From the sequence record KY703222: DNA of 64,000 nucleotides; one strand, 5' to 3'. The notes beneath the pieces were generated by a model. The model saw nothing but the letters and a program-made list of their open reading frames with translations. It searched no databases and was not told the origin of the DNA. Made by a program: the position numbers and the translations under genes. Origin of the DNA: Escherichia phage phiC120. Positions 18,155-26,841 of this stretch are shown here, one piece after another; the first letter of the stretch is position 1; each line of letters begins with the position of its first letter.

Positions 18155-19150
18155 TCATTCCTTAAGAAGTTTTACTACTTGAATAAGATTAGCTCGTTCT
18201 GTTTTATTTTTACCATTTAAGCCTGCTAATCGTGAGATTTCATCGTCAGTCTGTTGAATAGTTACATTAAGTTCGTTAATCAAAGCTTCAAAGTATTTGA
18301 TTTGCTCAGCATGTTTTGATTCAAATTTCTGAACAGGAATAACGTCTTGGTTCAGTTCATCAATAAGGTCTTTAAGAGCATCTTCTTGGTTGATATCATA
18401 TTCAACTTCTTTTATTTCTTCAACGAGCTCGTCTTTATATCTAACGTCTTTTAGTCCTGGTGCTGGTCCTGAAATCTCTTCTTTAAGAGTACAAACATAT
18501 CCAATACGGTATCCAGTTCCGTCTCGCTTGATATCAACTTCGTCGATAAATCCACAATGTTTAAGCCCGGAGCCGATTATGTCAAAATATCCTTGACGTC
18601 GTCCTTCAAACGTTACACGAACTACTAAGACAGTTTTACCTGCAACCTTTTGAAGCTCACATTTATAAAAGTCAGTTGAACCTGAATAACGTGGATGAGT
18701 TTTAAAGTTCATCTGACGATCTAGGCCCATTTGTAAGCGTGCTGTTACGGCCATAAAACGTGTTTGGTTCTCGTTAAGATGAGCAACAATCCATTTCAAA
18801 GGCATTTTACACTGTTCACGGCCGAACAAATCAGTACGTCCTAGATTACGCAGGATGTTGTTAGAGTTAATCATCGACAGAACGTTAAGTTTATTCAGCG
18901 CGCTGAAGATTCCATCAGCCATTGATTTTCCATAACCTTTACACGCTTTAATAAGTGCTCGCGGCAGATTAGTATAGATTTCAGACGGCATATGAAAATC
19001 AAATTTACTAGTCAGTAATTGATGAACTTGGATAGCAATTTGTTCATAATTAAGTGCCCTGCGATCATTATGGTCTTTAAACCATACTTTAATCTGTGAA
19101 GCACATAAACCGTTAATTTCATGTTTTACCGCATCAGATGTAATGCTCAT
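18155..19150 (-). CDS. Hypothetical protein with C-terminal coiled coil
   Basis: 331-aa ORF. Confidence 0.55.
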   Translation of the reverse strand: MSITSDAVKHEINGLCASQIKVWFKDHNDRRALNYEQIAIQVHQLLTSKFDFHMPSEIYTNLPRALIKACKGYGKSMADGIFSALNKLNVLSMINSNNILRNLGRTDLFGREQCKMPLKWIVAHLNENQTRFMAVTARLQMGLDRQMNFKTHPRYSGSTDFYKCELQKVAGKTVLVVRVTFEGRRQGYFDIIGSGLKHCGFIDEVDIKRDGTGYRIGYVCTLKEEISGPAPGLKDVRYKDELVEEIKEVEYDINQEDALKDLIDELNQDVIPVQKFESKHAEQIKYFEALINELNVTIQQTDDEISRLAGLNGKNKTERANLIQVVKLLKE

Positions 19151-19212
19151 AACTATTTCCTCAGATTGAATTGGAACTCAAAACCATTATAACCCGTCCT
19201 TGGGTAAAGCGT

Positions 19213-19740
19213 TTATGCGTGAACCGTCTTTAAACGTTCTTCAAATTTCCGAAGAGTACTAATACGTTCTGCTTTCTGTTTTGTATAGTTTGCAATACGT
19301 TCTGAAGTGAGAGCGTATCGTTCGTTTACTGATTCTTTCATGAAGTCAGGGATTTCACGAGAAGCTTTAATTTCATCAAACTTATCGAGTACTGCCTGGT
19401 CTTCAGCAATTAAATTTTCGTACATCTCGATATCTTTCTTGATGAAGTCGATATCTTCCTGGGTTACTTTGGATAAACGAGATGCTTTATCCTTTTTGTA
19501 CTGCTCGTTAGTTTCACGAGACCAGAATAATGTACGTTTTTTGTTAGTGTTTTTGTAGACTTCCACAATTCCAACTGAATCGATGATAACAATCCAATTC
19601 CAGCGAGATTTGAAAATCTGACCTCCGTCCACGGTAATCTCGTTACCATAAGCAACGTCATTAAAGAACTTGCTTTGTGCTTCAGATTTAAATTTACCGT
19701 CGTTATAATTTACCAGGTTGAAAATATCTTTAGCGTTCAT
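19213..19740 (-). CDS. Hypothetical protein
   Basis: 175-aa ORF with early-type promoter at 19768..19796. Confidence 0.5.
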   Translation of the reverse strand: MNAKDIFNLVNYNDGKFKSEAQSKFFNDVAYGNEITVDGGQIFKSRWNWIVIIDSVGIVEVYKNTNKKRTLFWSRETNEQYKKDKASRLSKVTQEDIDFIKKDIEMYENLIAEDQAVLDKFDEIKASREIPDFMKESVNERYALTSERIANYTKQKAERISTLRKFEERLKTVHA

Positions 19741-19767
19741 GTTTTACCTCCAGTAGTTGATAGGTCT

Positions 19768-19796
19768 ATAATAACATAACCATAGACCTTGTAAAC
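19768..19796 (-). promoter_or_regulatory. Early-type promoter GTTTAC-N17-TATTAT with palindrome AGGTCTAT / ATAGACCT
   Basis: Upstream of gene 19213..19740. Confidence 0.55.
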
Positions 19797-19798
19797 AA

Positions 19799-20074
19799 CT
19801 AAAAGAAACTTTTTTCGGTATTTTTTCCACTGAACCAAACAGACTTCGGGATTTTTTGTAATTTTTCAGATTTAAGTTTCTCTTCCTGTTCTTTCTTATA
19901 TACACTCTTGTCGTACTGGAGCATCTCTATGGCATTCTTTTGCAAACGATCTAAGGTAATTAAGGCTTTAGTTTTTCCTTTCAAGGAAGAGTCCTGGCGA
20001 ACCTCCTCGCTATATTGTTCTGTTGCACTAATCATACGATGGGCATATAATTCACGACTGGCTTGGATATTCAT
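19799..20074 (-). CDS. Hypothetical protein
   Basis: 91-aa ORF. Confidence 0.4.
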   Translation of the reverse strand: MNIQASRELYAHRMISATEQYSEEVRQDSSLKGKTKALITLDRLQKNAIEMLQYDKSVYKKEQEEKLKSEKLQKIPKSVWFSGKNTEKSFF

Positions 20075-20081
20075 AATTTCC

Positions 20082-21062
20082 TCATTTCAGTAAAGTAACT
20101 TCCGAGATTTCCTCCCAACCATCTTTATCGGTTGAAATAAAATCTGCTACATAAAGAGCCGTACGTAATGATACATTGCGAAGACGAGATACGTTAGCCT
20201 TCATCCAGGACAATGCTTTGTACGTTTCAGCATCAGTCAAGCCACGTTTCTGCATCATGTCAGTAGATAATATTACATCTTCAACTCGAACCATAATCTC
20301 TTCATTAGAGTGTACTCCAAGGTCGAGATACACTGAACGAGATACTAAAGCTTGAAGGTGCGGAGCAAGTTTCGAACCGCGTTCTAACTCTTTATCAATA
20401 TCAACGTTTGTAATGAAAACGATAGTACCTTCAAACTCAAATTCTTTATCAATACCCTTATCATCAAGATAAGATGACGCAGTGCTCCAGCAAACTTTGC
20501 GTTTATCGCCAGTATCTAATGCGGCTTTAAGAAGGTTCAAGATGTCCATATCCGAGAATACGTCAACGTCGTCGATTAAGAGAACGCTGTCTGCATCACG
20601 GTTGAGCCAAAGTTGTTCGTAAAGGCCAATACCTGAGATTTTACCATTAATGCTTTTGTATTTGATGAAACCATTATCATTAGCATTATTAAGCGCTTTA
20701 TCCAGAGAATACGTCTTACCAATACCTGCTGCACCTGAAATAATGAGTGAACGAATTTTGCCATCGATAATGCCATTCGTCATCATGTTCATTACTTTAA
20801 AGCGTTTGTTGATACGAGTTTTCATATCTTCCGCGTTTTCAACAACTGCAACTGGTGATGTCTCAACTCCTTCCATTACGATGTCTGATTTGAAGACCCA
20901 TACTCCACGTTCAGAACCATCAATCATAACGAAAATTTTACCGTCACCTAAGTGGGAACATTCAGGATTAAGCTTTGCCGGGAACCATGTCTTTGTGGCA
21001 ACATAAGAACCAGAGATTTCGTTATTACGATAGATACCTTTTTTGATTTGAACGTTGAACAT
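20082..21062 (-). CDS. AAA+ family ATPase
   Basis: Walker A LIISGAAGIGKTYSL, Walker B SVLLIDDVD; start at internal Met MFNVQ with GGAG SD. Confidence 0.7.
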   Translation of the reverse strand: MFNVQIKKGIYRNNEISGSYVATKTWFPAKLNPECSHLGDGKIFVMIDGSERGVWVFKSDIVMEGVETSPVAVVENAEDMKTRINKRFKVMNMMTNGIIDGKIRSLIISGAAGIGKTYSLDKALNNANDNGFIKYKSINGKISGIGLYEQLWLNRDADSVLLIDDVDVFSDMDILNLLKAALDTGDKRKVCWSTASSYLDDKGIDKEFEFEGTIVFITNVDIDKELERGSKLAPHLQALVSRSVYLDLGVHSNEEIMVRVEDVILSTDMMQKRGLTDAETYKALSWMKANVSRLRNVSLRTALYVADFISTDKDGWEEISEVTLLK

Positions 21063-21101
21063 TTTATTCTCCAAATTTACTCATTTCGTTTCGATAGGTC
21101 T

Positions 21102-21130
21102 ATAATAACATGTTTAAAGCAAAAGTAAAC
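21102..21130 (-). promoter_or_regulatory. Early-type promoter GTTTAC-N17-TATTAT
   Basis: Upstream of the AAA+ ATPase gene; conserved box GATAGGTCTATAATAACA. Confidence 0.55.
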
Positions 21131-21132
21131 AA

Positions 21133-21351
21133 TTATTTGCGATGAGATTTTTTGGTAAGAGGTTGAAAGAACACTGCTTTACCAGCAGGAGTCAAAGTGA
21201 CTCGTAATGCATTACCGATTCCCAAGGATGCTTTAACCAGACCTTTAGATTTCAGTTCACCGAATGCTTGTCGTTGGTCTGCATCACGAGTGTTAACCAT
21301 AAGTCCTTTATCACCAGCTTCACGAATCATTTCTAACATTTTGGTTTTCAT
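21133..21351 (-). CDS. Small basic protein
   Basis: 72-aa ORF between the ATPase and the nucleotidyltransferase-like gene. Confidence 0.45.
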   Translation of the reverse strand: MKTKMLEMIREAGDKGLMVNTRDADQRQAFGELKSKGLVKASLGIGNALRVTLTPAGKAVFFQPLTKKSHRK

Positions 21352-21381
21352 TTTGTTTTCTCCTCTTGTTTTGATAGGTCT

Positions 21382-21410
21382 ATAATAACATATCCTAAAA
21401 GCATGTACAC
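21382..21410 (-). promoter_or_regulatory. Early-type promoter GTGTAC-N17-TATTAT
   Basis: Upstream of gene 21133..21351; same conserved box. Confidence 0.5.
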
Positions 21411-21440
21411 TACTTTTTAAAAATATTTTGACCCCCTAAA

Positions 21441-21454
21441 GGGCCCGAAGGCCC
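21441..21454 (-). terminator. GC hairpin with UUCG loop after the nucleotidyltransferase-like gene (terminator or RNA stabiliser)
   Basis: GGGCC-UUCG-GGCCC on the minus strand; only a short U-tract. Confidence 0.45.
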
Positions 21455-21457
21455 TTA

Positions 21458-22444
21458 TCATTTATAGTATGAATTGTGATTTTCTAAGTAGACTTGCTCA
21501 AGGAAGTCATCCCAGAAACTCATATCTACTTTTTGCTGCATACCGTTCTTAGCAGCTTGTTCTGCCGCATGTTCAACTTGGTCAACGATATCTTCTAAGA
21601 ATTCTTGTACGGTTTTAAACGTATGTTTACCAAGCTTAACATCGAGAATAAATGGAGCATCCTGAAGCGGGTAAACCAGGTCGCCGGTTTTGTAAATTTC
21701 TAAGAGCTGAAGTCCACCACGGCACGCGTGACTCAATGCTTTCCAATCAATACCTTCATTGGCTTCTGCCTTACGAGCACGTTCACCGTAGTTCTCTTCA
21801 AGTTTAACCAGGATGGCATTGAACTCTTTGTTAGTTAACGTATCTTGGAATTTACGGTCTAACAGACTATAGAATGTTTGCTTACCTGTTTTCTCGTTTT
21901 CAGTTTCAACCCATGAAGCAAATTCACTTACAGGCAGAACATTCTTCATATGTGATAAACGAATTACTGCACCATTATCAAAGTATTGTCCCCATTCATT
22001 AGAACGTTTAAGGGCTTGACGAAGAACAGCCAGTCGAGAACCCTTGACGCCATATTTAGAAGCTTGCTTACGGACATACCCTAAATAAGATTTCATGTTA
22101 GTGGTATAGAAACGAGACCTGTTGTCTTGAATATACTTCCATACATCAGGCAAATCAGATTTAACTACTAGACTTTGTGGAGTGTGAAGCATATCTAATG
22201 CGACGGTTTCACCGTCTGCAGCTAGTTTAAAGAAATATTTGAGACTATACAACTCATGATCCACGTCGTCTTTTGTGTTCTTAGAAGCAGTGTTATTCGT
22301 GTTCTTGCTCATGTGTTCTTTAACGTTACCGGTCAAGATATCACGAGCATGAGGGACATAAATTTCTTTAAAATCGACGTCAGATTCAGGAGTAGACGTT
22401 CCATAAAGGTGGCTACCAAAGTAAGCCTTAACAATCGTTTTCAT
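21458..22444 (-). CDS. Predicted Pol-beta-superfamily nucleotidyltransferase
   Basis: N-terminal YFGSHLYGTSTPESDVDFKEIYV fits the hG[GS]-x(9-13)-DhD motif, with a downstream acidic residue (ALDMLH); C-terminal helical domain. Confidence 0.55.
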   Translation of the reverse strand: MKTIVKAYFGSHLYGTSTPESDVDFKEIYVPHARDILTGNVKEHMSKNTNNTASKNTKDDVDHELYSLKYFFKLAADGETVALDMLHTPQSLVVKSDLPDVWKYIQDNRSRFYTTNMKSYLGYVRKQASKYGVKGSRLAVLRQALKRSNEWGQYFDNGAVIRLSHMKNVLPVSEFASWVETENEKTGKQTFYSLLDRKFQDTLTNKEFNAILVKLEENYGERARKAEANEGIDWKALSHACRGGLQLLEIYKTGDLVYPLQDAPFILDVKLGKHTFKTVQEFLEDIVDQVEHAAEQAAKNGMQQKVDMSFWDDFLEQVYLENHNSYYK

Positions 22445-22917
22445 TATTTAGCCTTATATTCAAGAGTAGGACAGACTTTTTCTTTACGAGCTTTAAGGTA
22501 TTCACCTATTAATGATTTCTTACGTTCAATAGGCTCAAGTCCATTTTTAATTCGTTCTTGGTTTTGTGCAATGAGCTCAACTTCTTTATAATACTTCCGC
22601 TCTCTGTATAAGTCGATTAGCCACGGTATGCCTAATACTAAAACTATAGAAATACCAACACATAATGCAATGAATAAAACACCTACGCCAATTGAGGCCG
22701 GAACCAATGTCCATAAACTACTAAAGACAAAGAATTTAGTTAAAATTTCCTGGCCAATGATCGTGGCTGCTGCTAAAATCGCAAATCCAATAATCGAAAC
22801 AAACAATACCGGGAGAAACGTTTTCCAAAAATAAGCACACAACGTTTTCGGACGATTCCATGTACTATTGAACGCGGCATAAATTTTAAAGTGCCAAGAG
22901 TTTTCATTGATAATCAT
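22444..22917 (-). CDS. Membrane protein (about three TM segments)
   Basis: 157 aa with long hydrophobic stretches. Confidence 0.5.
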   Translation of the reverse strand: MIINENSWHFKIYAAFNSTWNRPKTLCAYFWKTFLPVLFVSIIGFAILAAATIIGQEILTKFFVFSSLWTLVPASIGVGVLFIALCVGISIVLVLGIPWLIDLYRERKYYKEVELIAQNQERIKNGLEPIERKKSLIGEYLKARKEKVCPTLEYKAK

Positions 22918-22926
22918 AATAATTCC

Positions 22927-23469
22927 TTATTTCAAAGTCGGGATAATAGAATCAAGATAAGCTTTAAGAGCAACTGCTTCATCTTTGTCTAATGTAACGA
23001 TATGTTGACGAAGGTCATCAATTTGGCGAATAACTACGACATCGCCGTCTTCATAAGAAGGATTAACGCTCAGGACCGTTGTAGAGTCAGGGTTGTCCGG
23101 ATTTGTAATAAAAGCATTACGGCATTTAGCCCATTGAAGTTTGGCTTTTTTGGCTGTTTCAGATTCCATGAATTCTTTCACCTTAGTGACGAATGTTTTC
23201 CAATTATTAATAGAAAAACATTCGTCTTCAGTTTCGATATTAACCCCACTATAAAGTCCGTGATAAAAACGAACTTGAAGGTCTTCATCAATGTTAATTA
23301 CAGATGCATGGCCTGGTGGATTGAGTTTCAAAATCTTGTCCAGTTCCATAGGAAGAATAGTAACCGCATCATCTTCTTGTGTCAGAACGTAAGCATAACC
23401 ACGTTTTTCGATACATAAATCGCCAAACAACTCGGTTGTTTCAATTACAGTTTTCATATTATTCACCAA
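22927..23469 (-). CDS. Hypothetical protein
   Basis: 180-aa ORF. Confidence 0.5.
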   Translation of the reverse strand: MVNNMKTVIETTELFGDLCIEKRGYAYVLTQEDDAVTILPMELDKILKLNPPGHASVINIDEDLQVRFYHGLYSGVNIETEDECFSINNWKTFVTKVKEFMESETAKKAKLQWAKCRNAFITNPDNPDSTTVLSVNPSYEDGDVVVIRQIDDLRQHIVTLDKDEAVALKAYLDSIIPTLK

Positions 23470-23773
23470 TTAAAGTTTCAACAAAATTCACCAAATCATT
23501 CAGACAAGCATCAACCTGTTTTTCATAAAAGTCTTCGTTATCATTTACTGCATGATAAGCTACATCATTCAAATCTGAATCGGCTTCACGTAAGTTACGG
23601 ATAAGTTCCATCAATTTATTAGCTTGTTCACGGGTCATTTTACCATACTCGTTTCAATAAGATTCACTATGCCGTTTACCATGTTATAAGTAAACATCGG
23701 ATAATTGTATTGTACTACAATATAAGCGATAAGCAAAAGTTTCATTTTGTTCTCCGTTCGTTTTGGTAGGACT

Positions 23774-23803
23774 ACTATAACATAGTCCTACCAAGATGTA
23801 AAC
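23774..23803 (-). promoter_or_regulatory. Early-type promoter GTTTAC-N18-TATAGT inside a 10-bp palindrome
   Basis: GGTAGGACTA-ctataaca-TAGTCCTACC. Confidence 0.5.
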
Positions 23804-24036
23804 TACCGATTGTGTTTTAAATGTTGATAAAGTTCTTCAACTTGTTTAGGGTCCAAAACAATTAAGTCATTTTCTTGTCGAAGATAAATCCATCCCTTAT
23901 CCCCAGGACCATTTTTACAAAACATCGCCACCATATCATCATCTTCAGCGCTTTCAGGTAAAAGTTCAAGTACACCGTCTTCAGATTTTCCAGTATAATC
24001 GTAAAGCATAATATCCTCACATAATCTCGTTAACAT
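23803..24036 (-). CDS. Hypothetical protein
   Basis: 77-aa ORF. Confidence 0.45.
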   Translation of the reverse strand: MLTRLCEDIMLYDYTGKSEDGVLELLPESAEDDDMVAMFCKNGPGDKGWIYLRQENDLIVLDPKQVEELYQHLKHNR

Positions 24037-24196
24037 ACATTTGCAATTCAGTGTGCGTATCAGCCATCTTTTTCATTGCCTTATTGATATCGATATCACC
24101 GTCTTCACACCCATGGGCATTTTCCCAATCGGATACAGCGTTAGCGTACTCTTCAATCAAAAACATTAACTTAGAAATTTTTTCTTTACGTGACAT
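24017..24196 (-). CDS. Hypothetical protein (start at internal Met)
   Basis: ORF 24017..24235; MSRKEKISKL start with GAGGAG SD. Confidence 0.45.
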   Translation of the reverse strand: MSRKEKISKLMFLIEEYANAVSDWENAHGCEDGDIDINKAMKKMADTHTELQMYVNEIM

Positions 24197-24223
24197 AACG
24201 TTCTCCTCTAGTAAGTAAGGTCT

Positions 24224-24252
24224 ACTATAACACAACCTGAGGAGAAGTAAAC
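24224..24252 (-). promoter_or_regulatory. Early-type promoter (GTTTAC-N17-TATAGT) with anti-SD arm
   Basis: 8-bp inverted repeat TTCTCCTC (24201..24208) / GAGGAGAA (24239..24246) links the spacer to the SD of the 24196 gene. Confidence 0.55.
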
Positions 24253-24262
24253 TGATAGATGC

Positions 24263-24291
24263 AAAAAAGCCCCAACCTTTCGGAAGGGGCT
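24263..24291 (-). terminator. Intrinsic terminator after rI
   Basis: Minus strand AGCCCCUUCCGAAAGGUUGGGGCU followed by UUUUUU. Confidence 0.7.
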
Positions 24292-24297
24292 AGTAAA

Positions 24298-24599
24298 TTA
24301 GATAGATGTAGGCTCTAATTTTATTTTCATGAACTCAGCAAATTTTCTGGCAGTTTTTATGCCTTGTTCATGACATTCAAATGCATCATCACAGGGGCTA
24401 TTTTTGTAATGCTTTGCCATATACTTATAAAATTTTTCAGAATTCTCAACATTTTGAATTTCGAACAAAGTATATACGTTTTTAATCCCTGATTCCATAA
24501 AGTTATCAAAGTACGGGTCAACATATGCAGTGCCAACAATAGGAGTTGTTGCTGCAAAAACCCCAGCATCGCCATGACAGCTATCGCTCTTAAGGCCAT
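24298..24599 (-). pseudogene. rI: Lysis-inhibition regulator rI, interrupted by a frameshift
   Basis: ATG 24599 with AGGAGG SD encodes MALRAIAVMAMLG (signal anchor as in T4 rI), then the frame is lost at GGGGTTTTT (24552..24564); the rI-like remainder ...DPYFDNFMESGIKNVYTLFE... is in another frame (ORF 24298..24498). Confidence 0.6.
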
Positions 24600-24611
24600 A
24601 TAGGCCTCCTG

Positions 24612-24824
24612 TTAATTTTGGCCAGTATTTATTTTTCGCCTTTGAACGGCCTTAACATCTGCGAGGTATTTTTCCAGCTTGCGCTTGCGTGTATAATCAG
24701 CTTTAGAACCAGTTTGACGAATATCCTCGTTTAAATGAGAAATAGAATGTCCTAATTCTCTTCGGATTTCGTCCAATTGGGTTACAGTAAGATTACGAAG
24801 TTGTCTTTCGTTTAATTGCTGCAT
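24612..24824 (-). CDS. Hypothetical protein (rI.1 position)
   Basis: 70-aa ORF between rI and tk. Confidence 0.45.
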   Translation of the reverse strand: MQQLNERQLRNLTVTQLDEIRRELGHSISHLNEDIRQTGSKADYTRKRKLEKYLADVKAVQRRKINTGQN

Positions 24825-24851
24825 ATATACCTCTTGGTTAGATATTAGTAT

Positions 24852-25433
24852 TTATAACAACCCTGTCAAATCATTCCAATGCTTCCGGCATAATGACACG
24901 TATCTATCGGTATCACCAATTTCAATTTGACTGCCATCTGTAATTGGAAGTCCGTCTTCCGTGACTCTAGCTACCATTGTGGCCTTTTTACCGCAATGAC
25001 AGACACCTTTAAGTTCAACAAGCTTATCGGCAATAGCCATTAATGCTTGAGAACCTTCAAATAGATTACCTTTAAAATCTGTTCGTAGTCCGTATGCCAT
25101 TACCGGCACATTGTATACGTCAACAATACGACTAAGTTGATACACCTTTTCAGTAGTTAAGAACTGAGCTTCGTCAACAAATACACAGTGAATATCCTTT
25201 TGTGCTGCAGCCCATTTATAAAATTCAAAGATATCCATGTCTTTTGTAATTATATTGGCATCCTGACGAATACCAATACGAGAGACTATTTCACCTTTTG
25301 AATCGCGAGTATCAATAGCCGGTTTAAGAACTAATACACCCATGCCACGTTCTTTATAGTTATGTGCGGCAGTAAGTAATGAAGCAGACTTACCAGCGTT
25401 CATAGCGGCATAGGTAAAAATTAAACTAGCCAT
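24852..25433 (-). CDS. tk: Thymidine kinase
   Basis: 193 aa; P-loop YAAMNAGKSASLL; zinc ribbon CHCGKKA...CRKH. Confidence 0.93.
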   Translation of the reverse strand: MASLIFTYAAMNAGKSASLLTAAHNYKERGMGVLVLKPAIDTRDSKGEIVSRIGIRQDANIITKDMDIFEFYKWAAAQKDIHCVFVDEAQFLTTEKVYQLSRIVDVYNVPVMAYGLRTDFKGNLFEGSQALMAIADKLVELKGVCHCGKKATMVARVTEDGLPITDGSQIEIGDTDRYVSLCRKHWNDLTGLL

Positions 25434-25442
25434 AAGAGTCCC

Positions 25443-25625
25443 TTATAGTGAATTCACGTAGTCAATGAGTTCTTGTTCTTTCCTGTCAAATGATTCCATC
25501 AATGCTTGATATTCTTCGTCTGTTAAAGGAGCATATTCATCGTACGCATTGGTGGCTGCTTGCTCATCCAATAGGTCATGGATAAGTTCGAACAGTTTAG
25601 TTTTCTCTTCTTTAGTCAATTTCAT
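25443..25625 (-). CDS. Hypothetical acidic protein (tk.1 position)
   Basis: 60-aa ORF. Confidence 0.4.
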   Translation of the reverse strand: MKLTKEEKTKLFELIHDLLDEQAATNAYDEYAPLTDEEYQALMESFDRKEQELIDYVNSL

Positions 25626-25849
25626 TTAGGTTCACCTTCTTTAACGAAATCTGGGTAAGGGTAAAATCCTGAGTAAAACCCTTCACCTTTATGATTGCTA
25701 CAACCTTTGTTCGAACAGTAACACCAATAATCAAAATCACAAGCCATTTCGTCATTGCATAAAGCAAAAACTACAGGCCATTCGCATTTTTCGCATTTAG
25801 CACCTGTAAGAATTTTTGTTTGGCTCATAACCATTTGACCTGCATGCAA
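25622..25849 (-). CDS. Cysteine-rich small protein
   Basis: 75 aa with several Cys pairs (CEKCEW...CYCSNKGC). Confidence 0.45.
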   Translation of the reverse strand: MHAGQMVMSQTKILTGAKCEKCEWPVVFALCNDEMACDFDYWCYCSNKGCSNHKGEGFYSGFYPYPDFVKEGEPK

Positions 25850-26052
25850 TATTCTTCGACATGCTTTTTACGACCTTTCTTATCAATAAAGGTATATTCC
25901 ATAAAGCGTCCATGATAACGACGTTCAACATCGTGAGGGGTGTTAATAGGACACTTAGTCTGACGAATTTCTTCCCATTCACGAATAATAACTGCTTTAT
26001 TCTTTGGGTCATACGGGTGAGGATAATGCACATTCATAACAATGGTTCCCAA
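25825..26052 (-). CDS. Hypothetical protein
   Basis: 75-aa ORF. Confidence 0.4.
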   Translation of the reverse strand: MGTIVMNVHYPHPYDPKNKAVIIREWEEIRQTKCPINTPHDVERRYHGRFMEYTFIDKKGRKKHVEEYCMQVKWL

Positions 26053-26501
26053 TCAACAATCACAATTTCTAGTTTAGTGGAATATGTATCAAGAATTTCT
26101 TCAATGATATCCCAGTTTCCACCACCTATACCTGCTCCAATTCTTGGCATGTAAATCACAGGCTTTGTTATCTTATTTTTTCCGAATTCATTTAATTCTA
26201 TTATACAATTCATTAAAGCAGAGTACTCAAAATTAGGTCCCGGCTCAAACTGAGTATAAAGATTAAAGCAATAAGCTTTATGAGTCTTAAAATATTTTTC
26301 ATAAACCGAATAAGTCCCAAGTTTAGACTCGTCTCCGAATTCAGTTTGAAGTTTATCGGCTTCCAGAATTTTTGGATAAGCCTTTGCCAATTGACCTGCT
26401 ACACCGGCGCCCATTGTATGAAAACAATTGCACCCATGAGCAATATTATTACCTTTAGAAAACAGGGCGACAATATCGCCCTTGATATAGTTTTTAATCA
26501 C
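26034..26501 (-). CDS. Macro-domain protein, TARG1/DarG-like
   Basis: 155 aa; GDIVALFSKGNNIAHGCNCFHTMGAGVAGQL and PRIGAGIGGGNWDIIEEIL resemble the two glycine-rich ADP-ribose-binding loops of TARG1-type macro domains. Confidence 0.55.
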   Translation of the reverse strand: MIKNYIKGDIVALFSKGNNIAHGCNCFHTMGAGVAGQLAKAYPKILEADKLQTEFGDESKLGTYSVYEKYFKTHKAYCFNLYTQFEPGPNFEYSALMNCIIELNEFGKNKITKPVIYMPRIGAGIGGGNWDIIEEILDTYSTKLEIVIVDWEPLL

Positions 26502-26841
26502 TTGCTACAAGTCCTCTAGTATAAGAGTCAACTAGACGGTCCACCATAGAATTGCATGCTGCCTTATCTTTAGGTTCCGCCACCGAGCATTCTAATATTT
26601 GCCATTTTTTATGATATCGTTTAATTAAGGTAGACGCCTTGAACCTACTAGACGCCCCATCTTTTTCTCCGTCTTTATACGCATATAACAATTTTTGTGA
26701 AAAATCTACTTTACACTCTTGACTTTTACCACAGTAATCAGACGCCGTTCTGTTTGTATACTCCGTTACATCAGTATATGTAGTATTAGCAAGAGCGTTA
26801 AATGAAACCAAGCTAACTATTAAAGCCAACATTTTGGTCAT
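26494..26841 (-). CDS. Secreted protein (position of T4 vs, 115 aa)
   Basis: N-terminal signal peptide MTKMLALIVSLVSFNALA; 115 aa. Confidence 0.45.
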   Translation of the reverse strand: MTKMLALIVSLVSFNALANTTYTDVTEYTNRTASDYCGKSQECKVDFSQKLLYAYKDGEKDGASSRFKASTLIKRYHKKWQILECSVAEPKDKAACNSMVDRLVDSYTRGLVASD

